DNA of 64,000 nucleotides from Clostridia bacterium (GTDB lineage Bacteria; Bacillota; Clostridia; Christensenellales; UBA1242): NCBI GenBank assembly GCA_017399265.1, contig JAFQDL010000005.1, positions 9,675 to 73,674 of the forward strand, read 5' to 3'. Shown piece by piece: positions 15,001 to 20,448 of this stretch (position 1 is its first letter; each line of letters starts with the position of its first letter). The notes under the pieces were generated by a model. It saw only the letters and a program-made list of their open reading frames with translations, ran no database searches and was not told where the DNA came from. The position numbers and the translations under genes were made by a program.

Positions 15001-18000
15001 GCATTTTCGTTATAGAACAATACAACTTTTACATTCTCGTTTACTGCACGTTCAGAAGGAGTCAACCACATAATCTGAGACTTAGCATAATTATTGATAT
15101 TACTCTCATAGTAGTCAATATTTACACCCGTAGGAACTATATCATAAAGCAATATATTGCCATTCAATAACATTGGATATCCATCATTGAATTCTTTATA
15201 ATCATCGTTATAGAACCAAGCTTTTTCTATGTTAGAAGTAGTACCATCTGCAAATATATTAGGATCAATTAAACCTTCATAGTCTATTGTTGCGCCATCT
15301 TTATAAATAACTATACCTGTGTCATTCTTAATAAAGTATGCTACTAAATCTGCATCAACAGTCTCTAACTTTGCAATATCTGCTTGATAATTAGTCCTTA
15401 CTTTAACATATATATTTGCTAAATTTTCTAAAGTAGTAGTATCTATACTAAAGAATAATATATTTGTTGGAATGTTTGTAGATGTATTATCTTCGTTAAA
15501 CTTAACACTGGCATCAAAATACGCTTTATCAATTATTGAATTATTAGTAACTTTAGCAACCAATCCACCAAAACTTATATCAATAAGAGTATTTAAATAA
15601 ATATCACCATTGTATTTATCAGACAAGTTAGCCTTATTAAAACCTCTAACATAAGATGCGATAATTTGGCTACCATCAGCCTCGGCAGCAATTCCACCTA
15701 CGTTGTTATCCGCAATAATAGCAGTACGTGTACCAGACTCATTAGTTGTAAAATAGACCTTAGACATATTTAATGCTGTCTTAGACATTTTACCAGCTAT
15801 ACCACCAACATTTTGGTTAGCAACAATTTGAGGATAGGATATTACTTTGTTAAGGTAAGCTCCTGGATCTACTCCATATATTTGCCCAAACACACCACCT
15901 ATATAAGAATTAGTATTTAATACAGCATTAATTGAACTATACACAATCATTCCATTAACTTCTGTATTAACAACCTCTTCTTCACCTTCTGGAATATATA
16001 CCCCTGCATAACCAATTGCACCACCGACATTTGCAGTTCTAGCAATTCCATCAGTATAAGACACTGTAATAGCAGTATTAACATTTAAGTTGTTTACATC
16101 GTTAACATCATTATTAACTATTACACCCTCTGCATTACCAATAAACGATCCAATGTTTACTACTTGATCGTCATTAGCTGCTAAAATATTTACTTCAAGC
16201 ACGCCAGTAACGCTAACATTATCAAAGATTGTATTAATAGCATAACCTACAAAGCCACCAACATTGTTAGATGCTCTCATTACGCCTATTGTTGTTTCAT
16301 TTATAGTCAATTTTATATTAGAGAATTTTGCATTTTTTACTTTTCCAAACAATCCAACATTCTCATTTGAAAGTTTTTCATTCCAACTAACTATAATTTC
16401 AGGGTTGTCTTGTACTACTTTAGAACCATTTAATGCAGTATAAGTATAACTACCATTAATTGAGAACTTGTTAATATCATCTGGTTGGATATCTACATTA
16501 CTCAAAACTGATAATGCGAATCTTGAATCATTTAATAGATTCAAATCTGATGCCAAGATATAATGATAATAATCATCTTTCTTAACATCTTGCAACATTC
16601 TATTATAATCAGAACTATTATAAATTCTAAAAGGATTTTTTAAAGAACCATCTGCAACTGTAATTGTTAATGCTACTAATTTATTTGGATCTCTTTGTGG
16701 CAATCCATCAGCATTTGTTGTATATGAATCTTGGCTAGAAATATATAGAATTTGTGATCCAACAGAACCTGTCAATCTAACATATACATGTCCATTATTA
16801 ACAATGATATTACCTGAGTTACTATGAGTATTTCCATCTTTATCTGTTATAACAAATACGTTACTAGCGCCATTAGAAATTTCCCCATACTCTAACTTTA
16901 CATTCGTATTTTTAATAGGATAATTACGACTTTGTAAATAATATGTAATATCAACTAAATTAGTCAATAAAGAACCATTTCTTTTTTCTACATAAATACC
17001 ATCTGCTCTTAATTCCATTTCTTCATGGCTTTCATCTATATAAATTTTACCTATTTCAATTTTTGAAACCATGTTTGCAAATTGCAACTTAACTGTCAAA
17101 CTATCTATTGCTTCTCTAGTATCAAATTGAGTTGCTTTTACTGGAACATTAAAGTAAAGTTCATCTGCGCAGTATTTAGAAATATATTCCTTGTACTCTT
17201 CTATTGCATCTTGTTCATTGTCAATACTTGAAAGTACATAATAATAGAAATATTCATAAGCAGAAGTTATATCTTCTTCATTACCTATTCTTTCAGTATT
17301 TAATTTGAATAATATCTTACCATCTACAACATCTAACAAATCATCTATAGTTATATCATATGTGTTTGGAACTGATGGCGGTAATATTCTATTAATACTC
17401 CAAGACAACTGTCCAAAAACTCTATTAAAATCAATTATCTCTGTCCAATCTTTATAATCAATATCGATAAATACACCATCTGTAGTTGCTTCACTTGATA
17501 CCATACCTCCTAGTTTTACAACATCTGGATTTATAGTATAAGAATAATCAAAGCTTGCTTCATTAGCATTATAATGACCTAAAGTATCTATCTCATATAT
17601 TGTACTTACAGATTTATCTAAAATGATAGATTGTAATTCATTAAATACCCAAATTAAGATATAATGCTCAAAATCCACTTTTACAAGTTGATCATCCATA
17701 TTGTATCTATAACCACTATATCTTACTCTTAGAACATCTGGATTATATTTATCAGATATAATATTACTTGTTTCAATTTGACCAACTAACTGACCTTGAT
17801 AATCAGCTTTGGAATAACTTTTAATACTAGATTTTTTAATTAAATCCACTCTAATATCTTTAGAATTGGTAATATCATACTTAAATATTTCACTATTTTT
17901 AGATATAATATTAAAAAATTGGATAGGAGTTTTTGTATTAGTTTTTAATACTAAATTATGTATTGTTGAATACTCATAATCAATAATATTTCCCTTATTC

Positions 18001-20189
18001 AAAATATAATTATTCTTTAAATTAGAATAAGAAGTAAAATCTTCGAAATCTTTTACAGGAATATTTTTATAAGTAGCACTATAAGTACCTTCTGTAAACA
18101 ATGTTTTATCATATAAATATGATGGCAATGTTTTATTAATAGTAACACCAAGTCTATTGTTGTAATTAGCATCTTCTCCGAAAGGCACAGGTATTACACA
18201 TTCAACGTATATATCATTAACTATAAGGCCATTTAAGAATTTAACTATTAATCTTTCTTTACCATTAGTAGTTAACAAATTATTATTTGGCACTAAATAT
18301 ATACAATTATTACCTTCTGAAACTTCTAAAGAGAAATATTTTGAATTGTATACAGCATCTTTTATATTTATATAATCGCTAATATTTGGTTTAATATCTG
18401 TCAATGCTACTTTATTGTTAGTTTTTATATCGGTTACATCTAACACAATTTGCTTGTTTGGAATCAAAGTGGCAGCCTGATCAGAATTCAAACCTTGCAT
18501 TAGTTTTAATTCTATAGACTTAGTAGCAGTAAAATTAAATTCATTTCCACTATAACTATCACCTGCAATATTATAGCCAATCTCGATAGTTAAAATTACA
18601 CGTCTATTATTATTTTTATTAAACTCTTTGCAATTTTCCTCATTTAAATTATGGAACAAATACAATTTTGTTCTTTGACTATAAGGAGTTTCAGCAACAG
18701 CTGAAGAACCAGTAGTAGACAATTGTACATTAACTAAATCATTCTGTATCTCACTTGAAGTAGAATCATCTTTAATATCACCAAAAGGACTACCTTCAAA
18801 TTTTAAATTATACTTATAAGTATATGAAGCAAAAGCATCATTTCTAGTTGATACATTCAACTGAGTACCTATAACATTATTAACATAACTATCAGCATCA
18901 AAGACAACCAACTTATCCAAATCAGATTGTCCATTAATATAAATATCTTTTTCTGTTGGAATAGAAATTTCTACAAACTTAATATATACTTCTTGTGTAA
19001 ACAAGCCAGGGTATTGCTTGTAATCAACAAGAACTTTAACAAACTCATAGTTTTTGCCATCTTCCCCTCTTTTGTTTGATCTAGCTGTTAAAGAAAGGGT
19101 ATCTGCAGCATCAATATTATCGTTAATATAAACCAAACCATCTGTACCAATATTAAATGTTTGATCAATCGAATATGTATATAAAGCATTACCGAATTTC
19201 ATTTCGTTAGAATCTACAAAATACAAATCCCTTTGAATTAAGTAAGTATCATAAGAAGTTCCTGATAAAGTTAAAGGATTAACTAATCTAACTTCATAAT
19301 AAGGAGCTGACAATGCAGAATCACCTGAAACAGTATTCAAAACAATCAAATCTGCACTATCTTTCTTATCCATTAACACTTTATCAATTTTAGAAATATT
19401 AACAACGTCTATATCTAATTCCAAATTAATTTTCGAATTTGTATTGATTATATTAACAGGTAATTTATTTAAACCAAGAGTTTGTAATGCTGATGTTAGA
19501 GTCCTACTTGCAGTTGGAACACATTCTATCCTTCCATCAACAATTCTCAAACAATCATTCAACTCATCTGTAATTTTTACAACCTCTGAGTTTTTGTTAT
19601 AAGAACCCAACTCAACCTTAACATTTTTTAAAGTAGCTCCTGAAGTGTATGAGATATAGTTTTCAAAGATTTTTGCATCATTGAAATCCAATGAACCACC
19701 TTCAGCAATAGCTAAATTGTCTTTTTGAGACATCTCAGCAACAGCTTTTTCCACTCTAACCTTGTATACTTTCTCTTTAGCACCAACCAAAGTTAAAATT
19801 TTAATAGTGGATTCACCCATACCATTTGCTTTTAAAACAATTTGAGTCTTTCCGTCTTTTTCTTCGCCTGCTTGGACTAAAACACATGAATCTGTAGAAG
19901 ACACTTTAACTTCTTTAGAAACATCTCGACCAACTCCGTCGACCTCTATTTCAATCACAGCACTAGAATAAAATCCGGATTCAGGACTCTTTCCTTGATT
20001 TAACTTCTCCAATTCTAATTCACTATTATTATACAGCAAAATAGTCTCATCATCTAAAGTTGTGCAATTACCTACAAAAGATGACTTTATCTGCATATTT
20101 TTATAAATATCATCTCCGCAACTGCAACCAACTAATGACATAACGCAACCAAGCATTACAGCAATAAAAGCAATTATTTTTTTTCTCAT
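1..20189 (-). CDS. Giant GLUG-repeat / beta-helix surface lipoprotein, >=6,729 aa, 3' end beyond the left edge
   Basis: ATG at 20189 after an AAAGGG RBS translates as MRKKIIAFIAVMLGCVMSLVGC-SCGDD (lipobox LVGC). Spot translations at ~16620, ~9000, ~6240 and 3-100 are all in the same frame and give sensible protein with many (Y/N)VGGIxG GLUG motifs. The ORF track reports no minus-strand ORF here, as expected if the frame never closes inside the window. I did not check every codon by hand. Confidence 0.9.
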   Translation of the reverse strand, partial: MRKKIIAFIAVMLGCVMSLVGCSCGDDIYKNMQIKSSFVGNCTTLDDETILLYNNSELELEKLNQGKSPESGFYSSAVIEIEVDGVGRDVSKEVKVSSTDSCVLVQAGEEKDGKTQIVLKANGMGESTIKILTLVGAKEKVYKVRVEKAVAEMSQKDNLAIAEGGSLDFNDAKIFENYISYTSGATLKNVKVELGSYNKNSEVVKITDELNDCLRIVDGRIECVPTASRTLTSALQTLGLNKLPVNIINTNSKINLELDIDVVNISKIDKVLMDKKDSADLIVLNTVSGDSALSAPYYEVRLVNPLTLSGTSYDTYLIQRDLYFVDSNEMKFGNALYTYSIDQTFNIGTDGLVYINDNIDAADTLSLTARSNKRGEDGKNYEFVKVLVDYKQYPGLFTQEVYIKFVEISIPTEKDIYINGQSDLDKLVVFDADSYVNNVIGTQLNVSTRNDAFASYTYKYNLKFEGSPFGDIKDDSTSSEIQNDLVNVQLSTTGSSAVAETPYSQRTKLYLFHNLNEENCKEFNKNNNRRVILTIEIGYNIAGDSYSGNEFNFTATKSIELKLMQGLNSDQAATLIPNKQIVLDVTDIKTNNKVALTDIKPNISDYINIKDAVYNSKYFSLEVSEGNNCIYLVPNNNLLTTNGKERLIVKFLNGLIVNDIYVECVIPVPFGEDANYNNRLGVTINKTLPSYLYDKTLFTEGTYSATYKNIPVKDFEDFTSYSNLKNNYILNKGNIIDYEYSTIHNLVLKTNTKTPIQFFNIISKNSEIFKYDITNSKDIRVDLIKKSSIKSYSKADYQGQLVGQIETSNIISDKYNPDVLRVRYSGYRYNMDDQLVKVDFEHYILIWVFNELQSIILDKSVSTIYEIDTLGHYNANEASFDYSYTINPDVVKLGGMVSSEATTDGVFIDIDYKDWTEIIDFNRVFGQLSWSINRILPPSVPNTYDITIDDLLDVVDGKILFKLNTERIGNEEDITSAYEYFYYYVLSSIDNEQDAIEEYKEYISKYCADELYFNVPVKATQFDTREAIDSLTVKLQFANMVSKIEIGKIYIDESHEEMELRADGIYVEKRNGSLLTNLVDITYYLQSRNYPIKNTNVKLEYGEISNGASNVFVITDKDGNTHSNSGNIIVNNGHVYVRLTGSVGSQILYISSQDSYTTNADGLPQRDPNKLVALTITVADGSLKNPFRIYNSSDYNRMLQDVKKDDYYHYILASDLNLLNDSRFALSVLSNVDIQPDDINKFSINGSYTYTALNGSKVVQDNPEIIVSWNEKLSNENVGLFGKVKNAKFSNIKLTINETTIGVMRASNNVGGFVGYAINTIFDNVSVTGVLEVNILAANDDQVVNIGSFIGNAEGVIVNNDVNDVNNLNVNTAITVSYTDGIARTANVGGAIGYAGVYIPEGEEEVVNTEVNGMIVYSSINAVLNTNSYIGGVFGQIYGVDPGAYLNKVISYPQIVANQNVGGIAGKMSKTALNMSKVYFTTNESGTRTAIIADNNVGGIAAEADGSQIIASYVRGFNKANLSDKYNGDIYLNTLIDISFGGLVAKVTNNSIIDKAYFDASVKFNEDNTSTNIPTNILFFSIDTTTLENLANIYVKVRTNYQADIAKLETVDADLVAYFIKNDTGIVIYKDGATIDYEGLIDPNIFADGTTSNIEKAWFYNDDYKEFNDGYPMLLNGNILLYDIVPTGVNIDYYESNINNYAKSQIMWLTPSERAVNENVKVVLFYNENATGQTSAINNRYEFGVDGKYKNSDTRTKFIDLRLLGEEIVTEFIKLAVDKGIEISVYSGDNDILDIDGTYVTTTGYGNVTLKVASRFDNSVYSLLDVYVCSGYSDLKLNYVIENDSAQHTATNVAKDSVLYKNEKVYLSPVVVNMFKGGYALGDIYFDVVSNMGVEVQVNTESAAFEYEGSERNAGDRFFVDNITTTTSIFEILPTAIGSIKLTLFPYYVVDTNNDGVVDENDSKIYVSKREDGRDEPVYEVFEFDVKARAREIIIKDNKTEAKMTANGSTSLSVVVTTANVKDLGDSKYQLVENLFIDLYSIKEVEDLTNKGTIGGIVQVQMSEDAIFNEGEIFKFKDDEYLFDRGNFYGSLAVIKLDSVLIQEIGNTNEYHVTYNFTLRFNKNAYKFYYKTEDMEYADYLITFSPSTNNALSKEFRYTLELDNPIEITSEFYANAEGYNTTEFKPQEVASKYISPNREGLLKLSIFEEFNKADSVVITFDENYVEHMQFWQAVAISKVDILGSDDNSYIAGYKKIDTEYTEDGKGIVLRNITKTYNDSTYFNNIFYIIIKINEDVVIDQNDKNLNISIQTFDLDNNELLGKEVSLIIESLPVADISIDSTDLTVMEIGDYKKIDWDALNFDPVSANLYDPEYGVSVSLEYAKNEFDQHLFIVDDKGLEIFKTIQNTTDVEEKAILEDSLIKAAESIWKDGVLNFVFDETGNRTSYYLVCMDTLNNVEEPYTYISYKDNAHRDYYSSINITLTVRKTINNVAEVDTDVVAVQLVPVELKDAALSNENNENNNSTLEVLNGTYTRLEFDINNDNDRVTSVGNKTYQTWNRTTTERYYYINGEYVLLDPNTSIKAIIPNDINDENLDNDSLNYTKVSGNSRVTEFISLKGITKYKYLASDYYQINNYERGDADIFATYEYKEGDNVIATIINENSLYVYYYVVKDASQNIVAIVPVVLQDGSYYKYNEDYELKAVDSNIIVETATLADFVQFVENNGYTREPSNEKVTFKKGDEEILLLSLDLDLNGDGSLDKVSCIYTFIPSRYVEVTGDAADYTIDGNKVYILHEKDGRYVLIEPEKLYNVSNLTSTEIEQFYSNDDDNKLPDSYKGYSFYVEHKRNDSCQYVRIGSYGDDGLVYDLYQQSDFTTEELEEFMLSGITLYYNTNEGEPIYLVKSDVTFYYVIKNGSTPITEEKLITLDNQENTMDKFELCRNVQSEVINDVTYYYEYYTIKAKTVCNDVRIIAKIKYFYDEKGQIVGLCQNADGLYDDSYDGNTSYVRTENVVYVSDNGSLEAKKYHRVYQYEYAFDLVIKANSSYDNPIPIFDQEDFENMVNGQSTAESPTGQHYIMMDNIELTNYSIVKNQGIGNIGSLDGNGYILKVKSFNTDDARSSNITNFGIFDVISENTIVKNLTIDISDVLVEASDVEESKLLIKDKSTSDLINAYMTSTDYKNQSLYYNDEGVAVGLASIDLSFLKTVNFGILAGQNNGVITNTKIIASETANKYFNVLLSENVDGYTTNNVGTLVGINNGFITNSSVGLLDSYSEEDLATPIVDYKFNSTQMVKQVNVANAVDGEIDYTKSEILNLSPFYLSANGNIGGFVSENTGVISSSFAKGLGIYNTITDLRDDNNEAINTAGFVVNNSGKILESFAQAYENSGFIAKFEEGQNKLNYDIRSVGNISGFVYNNQSNGVIENAYSALALTTNATTTAGFVYENSGTILHAYSTSYCTVIESSDASSSIAYGPFYSRESSSSNIENAGTFEDCYYLVDATKNQSVVVEDPAIAIVHTGAGDISEFEEKSSFNAFSFKEDDSTKDSDSAIWYMTACGPRLMSTISSTYSHRTLSGVSEKKEGEQETNFKFVNYVVLKHNNENIKLYIIDSKVNEKEFIYQDIAGFRYFFDANNVLCRNMVVGTGNGAELSGDEVSLGITGWVDPKTGKICINDALEYSTLVKLDAYGNVEKELDLLEVDQSEYVNLTFSYIYDANCVYGSKNNPLLVDTADRMVNYITNYAKKYKVGDENLVIFGNYNEQVRYIRQTSNLNFASNKETDVNILQIKKNDYYLKEVIFAGVYQGNGLEIQNINLSEVNTASQDRSTLYYGLFEQIGLFDRGSEETDETVVKNLTVTYSEYSTNNAKASGVLAGAIFNSHIINVDVAMSSEHTSKEEAQIITAINLVGGLAGLTLDTKLTDINVTNIKVKTTAQVNINPTKDVENNIKGDFITWRGSQSSSGSTQIQFNLFDWNRDAKNIDELWKIYGTESVSYAGGVVGVMLSTGEPDTDETITGLRNYKDYDAQSVTVSGDVTINGTNAGGLFGYISDSVYLYDVEFVVTYEENEDGSQFIIGRNFVGGIVAENHGIISRAQVNFTKDKQSEFDFEIGEHNNPAPSNNKTKLFGSTQGADVKVVAIGGLVGYSKGGIIIDSYNKVNVENNNALIAGGVVGYVDGSSYISYTYTTADVRSSHIIGGFIGYVRLDSAFNLDIYTDLRLEKAVSANLWGSETVNALRSSVANRLGLGANDKVILTMPEIGNQKIAEATKVYNIKVVEEDKQYAYTKAASNINGQVDAVYIGSMIGHIGMTKLAVEGKQGYYENDKYFDNTYLKEDKIKFYKVVDGAVQGIASAISTTYSVLESKTNDNQKVMSYNSNYDLAYAKLYSGQISQWHLTQSDKKLGLLKAVAAEEIETATHVVAVPKKDVVVIRKNVIAIQNDLGSVYDETEVIIKEVTIDDVKKNIVYKKDTDIVLGEFKGYKYTELVYDETEVIIKEESIDGITKNIVYKNDTDTDIVLGEFKGYYVISPSNDYVAEDVYADYRFNDGVLSHYSKQLYLQNLLGVYSNLTEAESGKENTDEDVDKNSSKNIFEDIYEEYSYNEDGSRDYIQQRIDVRFFGTDEDHDTDSQEVWKMQNNGQLPEYSKQTYSNYVLVTNFQELEDAFADSNTSKVYTVLYNDKDNNEITYDIYINNENLMYNFAKYNTVFKGMLRGGYYNEGELIFEYADNATDNIPTINIHTGNTKAAYALINKLDTAVIKNLNFNIIVTAYDDNTYVKVNAAKNGSFGFLATTISSTEFENVSFNICAKDVEGNEQDVRLTLVGDAEEAGLTSVKYFGTIIGASYNSIFRNVSITYNSDVKLTTGKAEAISNFIGFASGNIMENIRQTGDEKTFRLLIDNLRTDKVTDLYTANVIAKNNNNVINTVSSNIKFEIDYYSTQSNDLKAYGIYFNIFAGGLFGGSTGGRINTATYSARSVVIKLQRTSASQIIKSVYFGGFSGYVYGTSITNYTTITSYTTEDTKPTYTFDIQYLHAYIGGVIGNSDRNTAMYDIKSYADIKVRPQSGSEQHIGNYYIGGITGRNLSAKKAEKLVNYGDITILNIEYEEFASIGAPNIYMGGIAGYSTGEFNQIANYGIIKTYSKIEKDDEEDDEVEDYNQNALGKVVDNDLLKDAIFYVGGLFGYIRSIKITNFVVYGDIYYMIGTQNFYGGVVGYSRLTDLTLENGKSYARFYSSDNTQAVRYKANLYTIAENCQKKVEATEEVVGTKYHTSNVYYIAEFYAKYADLYGSFKDSNNYNGTQVYYYNDIASFNTKLNDAETTDVFDLDSNYLEKVTELYNKINAKGNYNINVGSNLTTITSNNLIDGYFNGVITSNNTTIINGGLSGVNLGPNAIISGIKYSIADHALQTLNIDEVLNNDITTHYIPFINQNNGRIYNSVVFGEVSRNIQAGNVTDPLVMATFAYQNNGDIVRSGAVVTYTGAFKSNSKVATDDGNIKDIQSNLEFSGFVYNNGGRITDCYSTTNIDHINKTDRFDFGDPGDSKFVEIVDGETKEYKYQEPTKGEHLQFAGLVYKQDVVSTDVLVNNSFHTGTLHDNTVPAVKYQKYIIKVEDGDDEEKYLLTSDNSYTNVYGSAYVEDFEDAKSPFLNNVTDPSGKAILTDINRTYIWVKSTSRDVNYNQYYFKDVSVEGSNNEIKIATGIEANFDVAGQCTIIDNPYCLMDTNTAGYKPGAINEIISWPESETDLGGEYYLFKDNSNSIIIQTARDLQRLIVDYNSKELNLDVYIIADKLDMTGLLGEEIDGIKQLKNDKKIVGIGGNGTGVEIANLTLNTAFVKNNSGDISGLYFNSASVKGENAKAIVVEKNEEFGNINYCSVANSTLIYAYKGTEDSEANIGILTGKNYGSVSVVCLQNSSIVIENYSNKTIDNVGGVSGFNKGSIMHGFVGNSNNANSGISITHTFNSNASKLQNVGGIVGKNEGFYNRVSLYYSTLNLTNTLHIGGISGWEAGVFEDSSIAHAISDCVVSGDSCVGGMYGIIEGAVLNGYLITVDEKPATNFFAVNMNVSSNNGLVGGIAGNAGEAKLHNLKINNISVTSSASYVGGFVGYVNNGEICDSTADTIIVKSTGVSAQYVGGAVGQAESTTISNVKIDNTQGGKNVNNISSVSVNSNGAFVGGIVGSAEENSIITGCSIADTNISANEKYVGGFVGQLKDSMESLQGESSLINVSVSANSVEIDDKKSTTANYVGGVVGSADKEIFNSDAKVVIITLTVSGKKYVGGIVGDALSVSPDNATLTNITITGTDNVGGAVGSASGAISGIEIKADAFTNIVTGTDNVGGAIGSGEDVEAIKVSNISVTGNSFTGGIIGKANGTIGGADADYVLAMDINITGQKSYIGGIAGYVKGSIQYAIIDKSSNGIDLNVISSSAGSYVGGIAGSVNGDIENSIVKSVNVTGGSLSNKSVSVYVGGVAGFVDGTIDNLLLTTLNDNVKNQISSSTLNPKGIGGIVGRLKNDVTASAILNISVENTIVGKASVEYAGGIVGEYEAKSGTEETRISTFDYSDSGLDEMLKVTNLNGRSDYNTLNDVTINGKSYVGGIIGSLVKDVNITIADIDIVGVKINASGSYIGGVIGELLDEASDIYGVRITGTESNQSQITITTDDSSSKYVGGVVGYAYNVLKDVEEASKDNLISVDHMTISSASKYTGGIAGYAVNVATSLLKGASKDASLPFSED
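6627..6870. repeat. Near-identical tandem duplication (~126-132 bp period) inside the giant gene
   Basis: ataacctttaaactctccaagcacgatatcagtatc...cttccgtttcatcgtaaact occurs at ~6627-6744 and ~6759-6870. It encodes VYDETEVIIKE...IVYK..DTDIVLGEFKGY twice. Confidence 0.9.
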
Positions 20190-20272
20190 ACATCTACCCT
20201 TTTCTATGTATTATTTTTATTATTAGTTGTTTGTAAAAATTTATTTATTCAAAACTATAATAAATATAATTT

Positions 20273-20301
20273 ATTATAAAAAATATGACGAAAGTTGTCA
20301 A
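20273..20301 (-). promoter_or_regulatory. Consensus sigma-A promoter of the giant gene
   Basis: Minus strand reads TTGACA-17 nt-TATAAT, about 84 nt upstream of the ATG. Confidence 0.85.
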
Positions 20302-20352
20302 ACAATATACAAGCAAACACAAATTATCACAAATTTTAAATTTTTTGAAAAT

Positions 20353-20389
20353 AAAAAAATAACGATTTTATACAAAAATCGCTATTTTT
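20353..20389 (-). terminator. Intrinsic terminator after tkt
   Basis: Minus strand aatagcgatttt-tgtat-aaaatcgttatt followed by a T-run. Confidence 0.6.
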
Positions 20390-20415
20390 AGGCATTTTTT
20401 AAATTTTGGATGTTT

Positions 20416-20434
20416 TGTGGATAAGTTATCCACA
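20416..20434. promoter_or_regulatory. Inverted pair of perfect DnaA boxes
   Basis: TGTGGATAA-G-TTATCCACA; both halves match TTATCCACA exactly. Confidence 0.65.
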
Positions 20435-20448
20435 TAATAATTACATTT

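Noticed and set aside
1-20189. Calling the giant protein an IgA1/Zmp metalloprotease
   Set aside because: GLUG repeats alone are not diagnostic. I saw no HExxH in the segments translated, and the C-terminus is outside the window.
20190-20448. Possible oriC
   Set aside because: Only two DnaA boxes, no dnaA/dnaN nearby and no switch in gene orientation.
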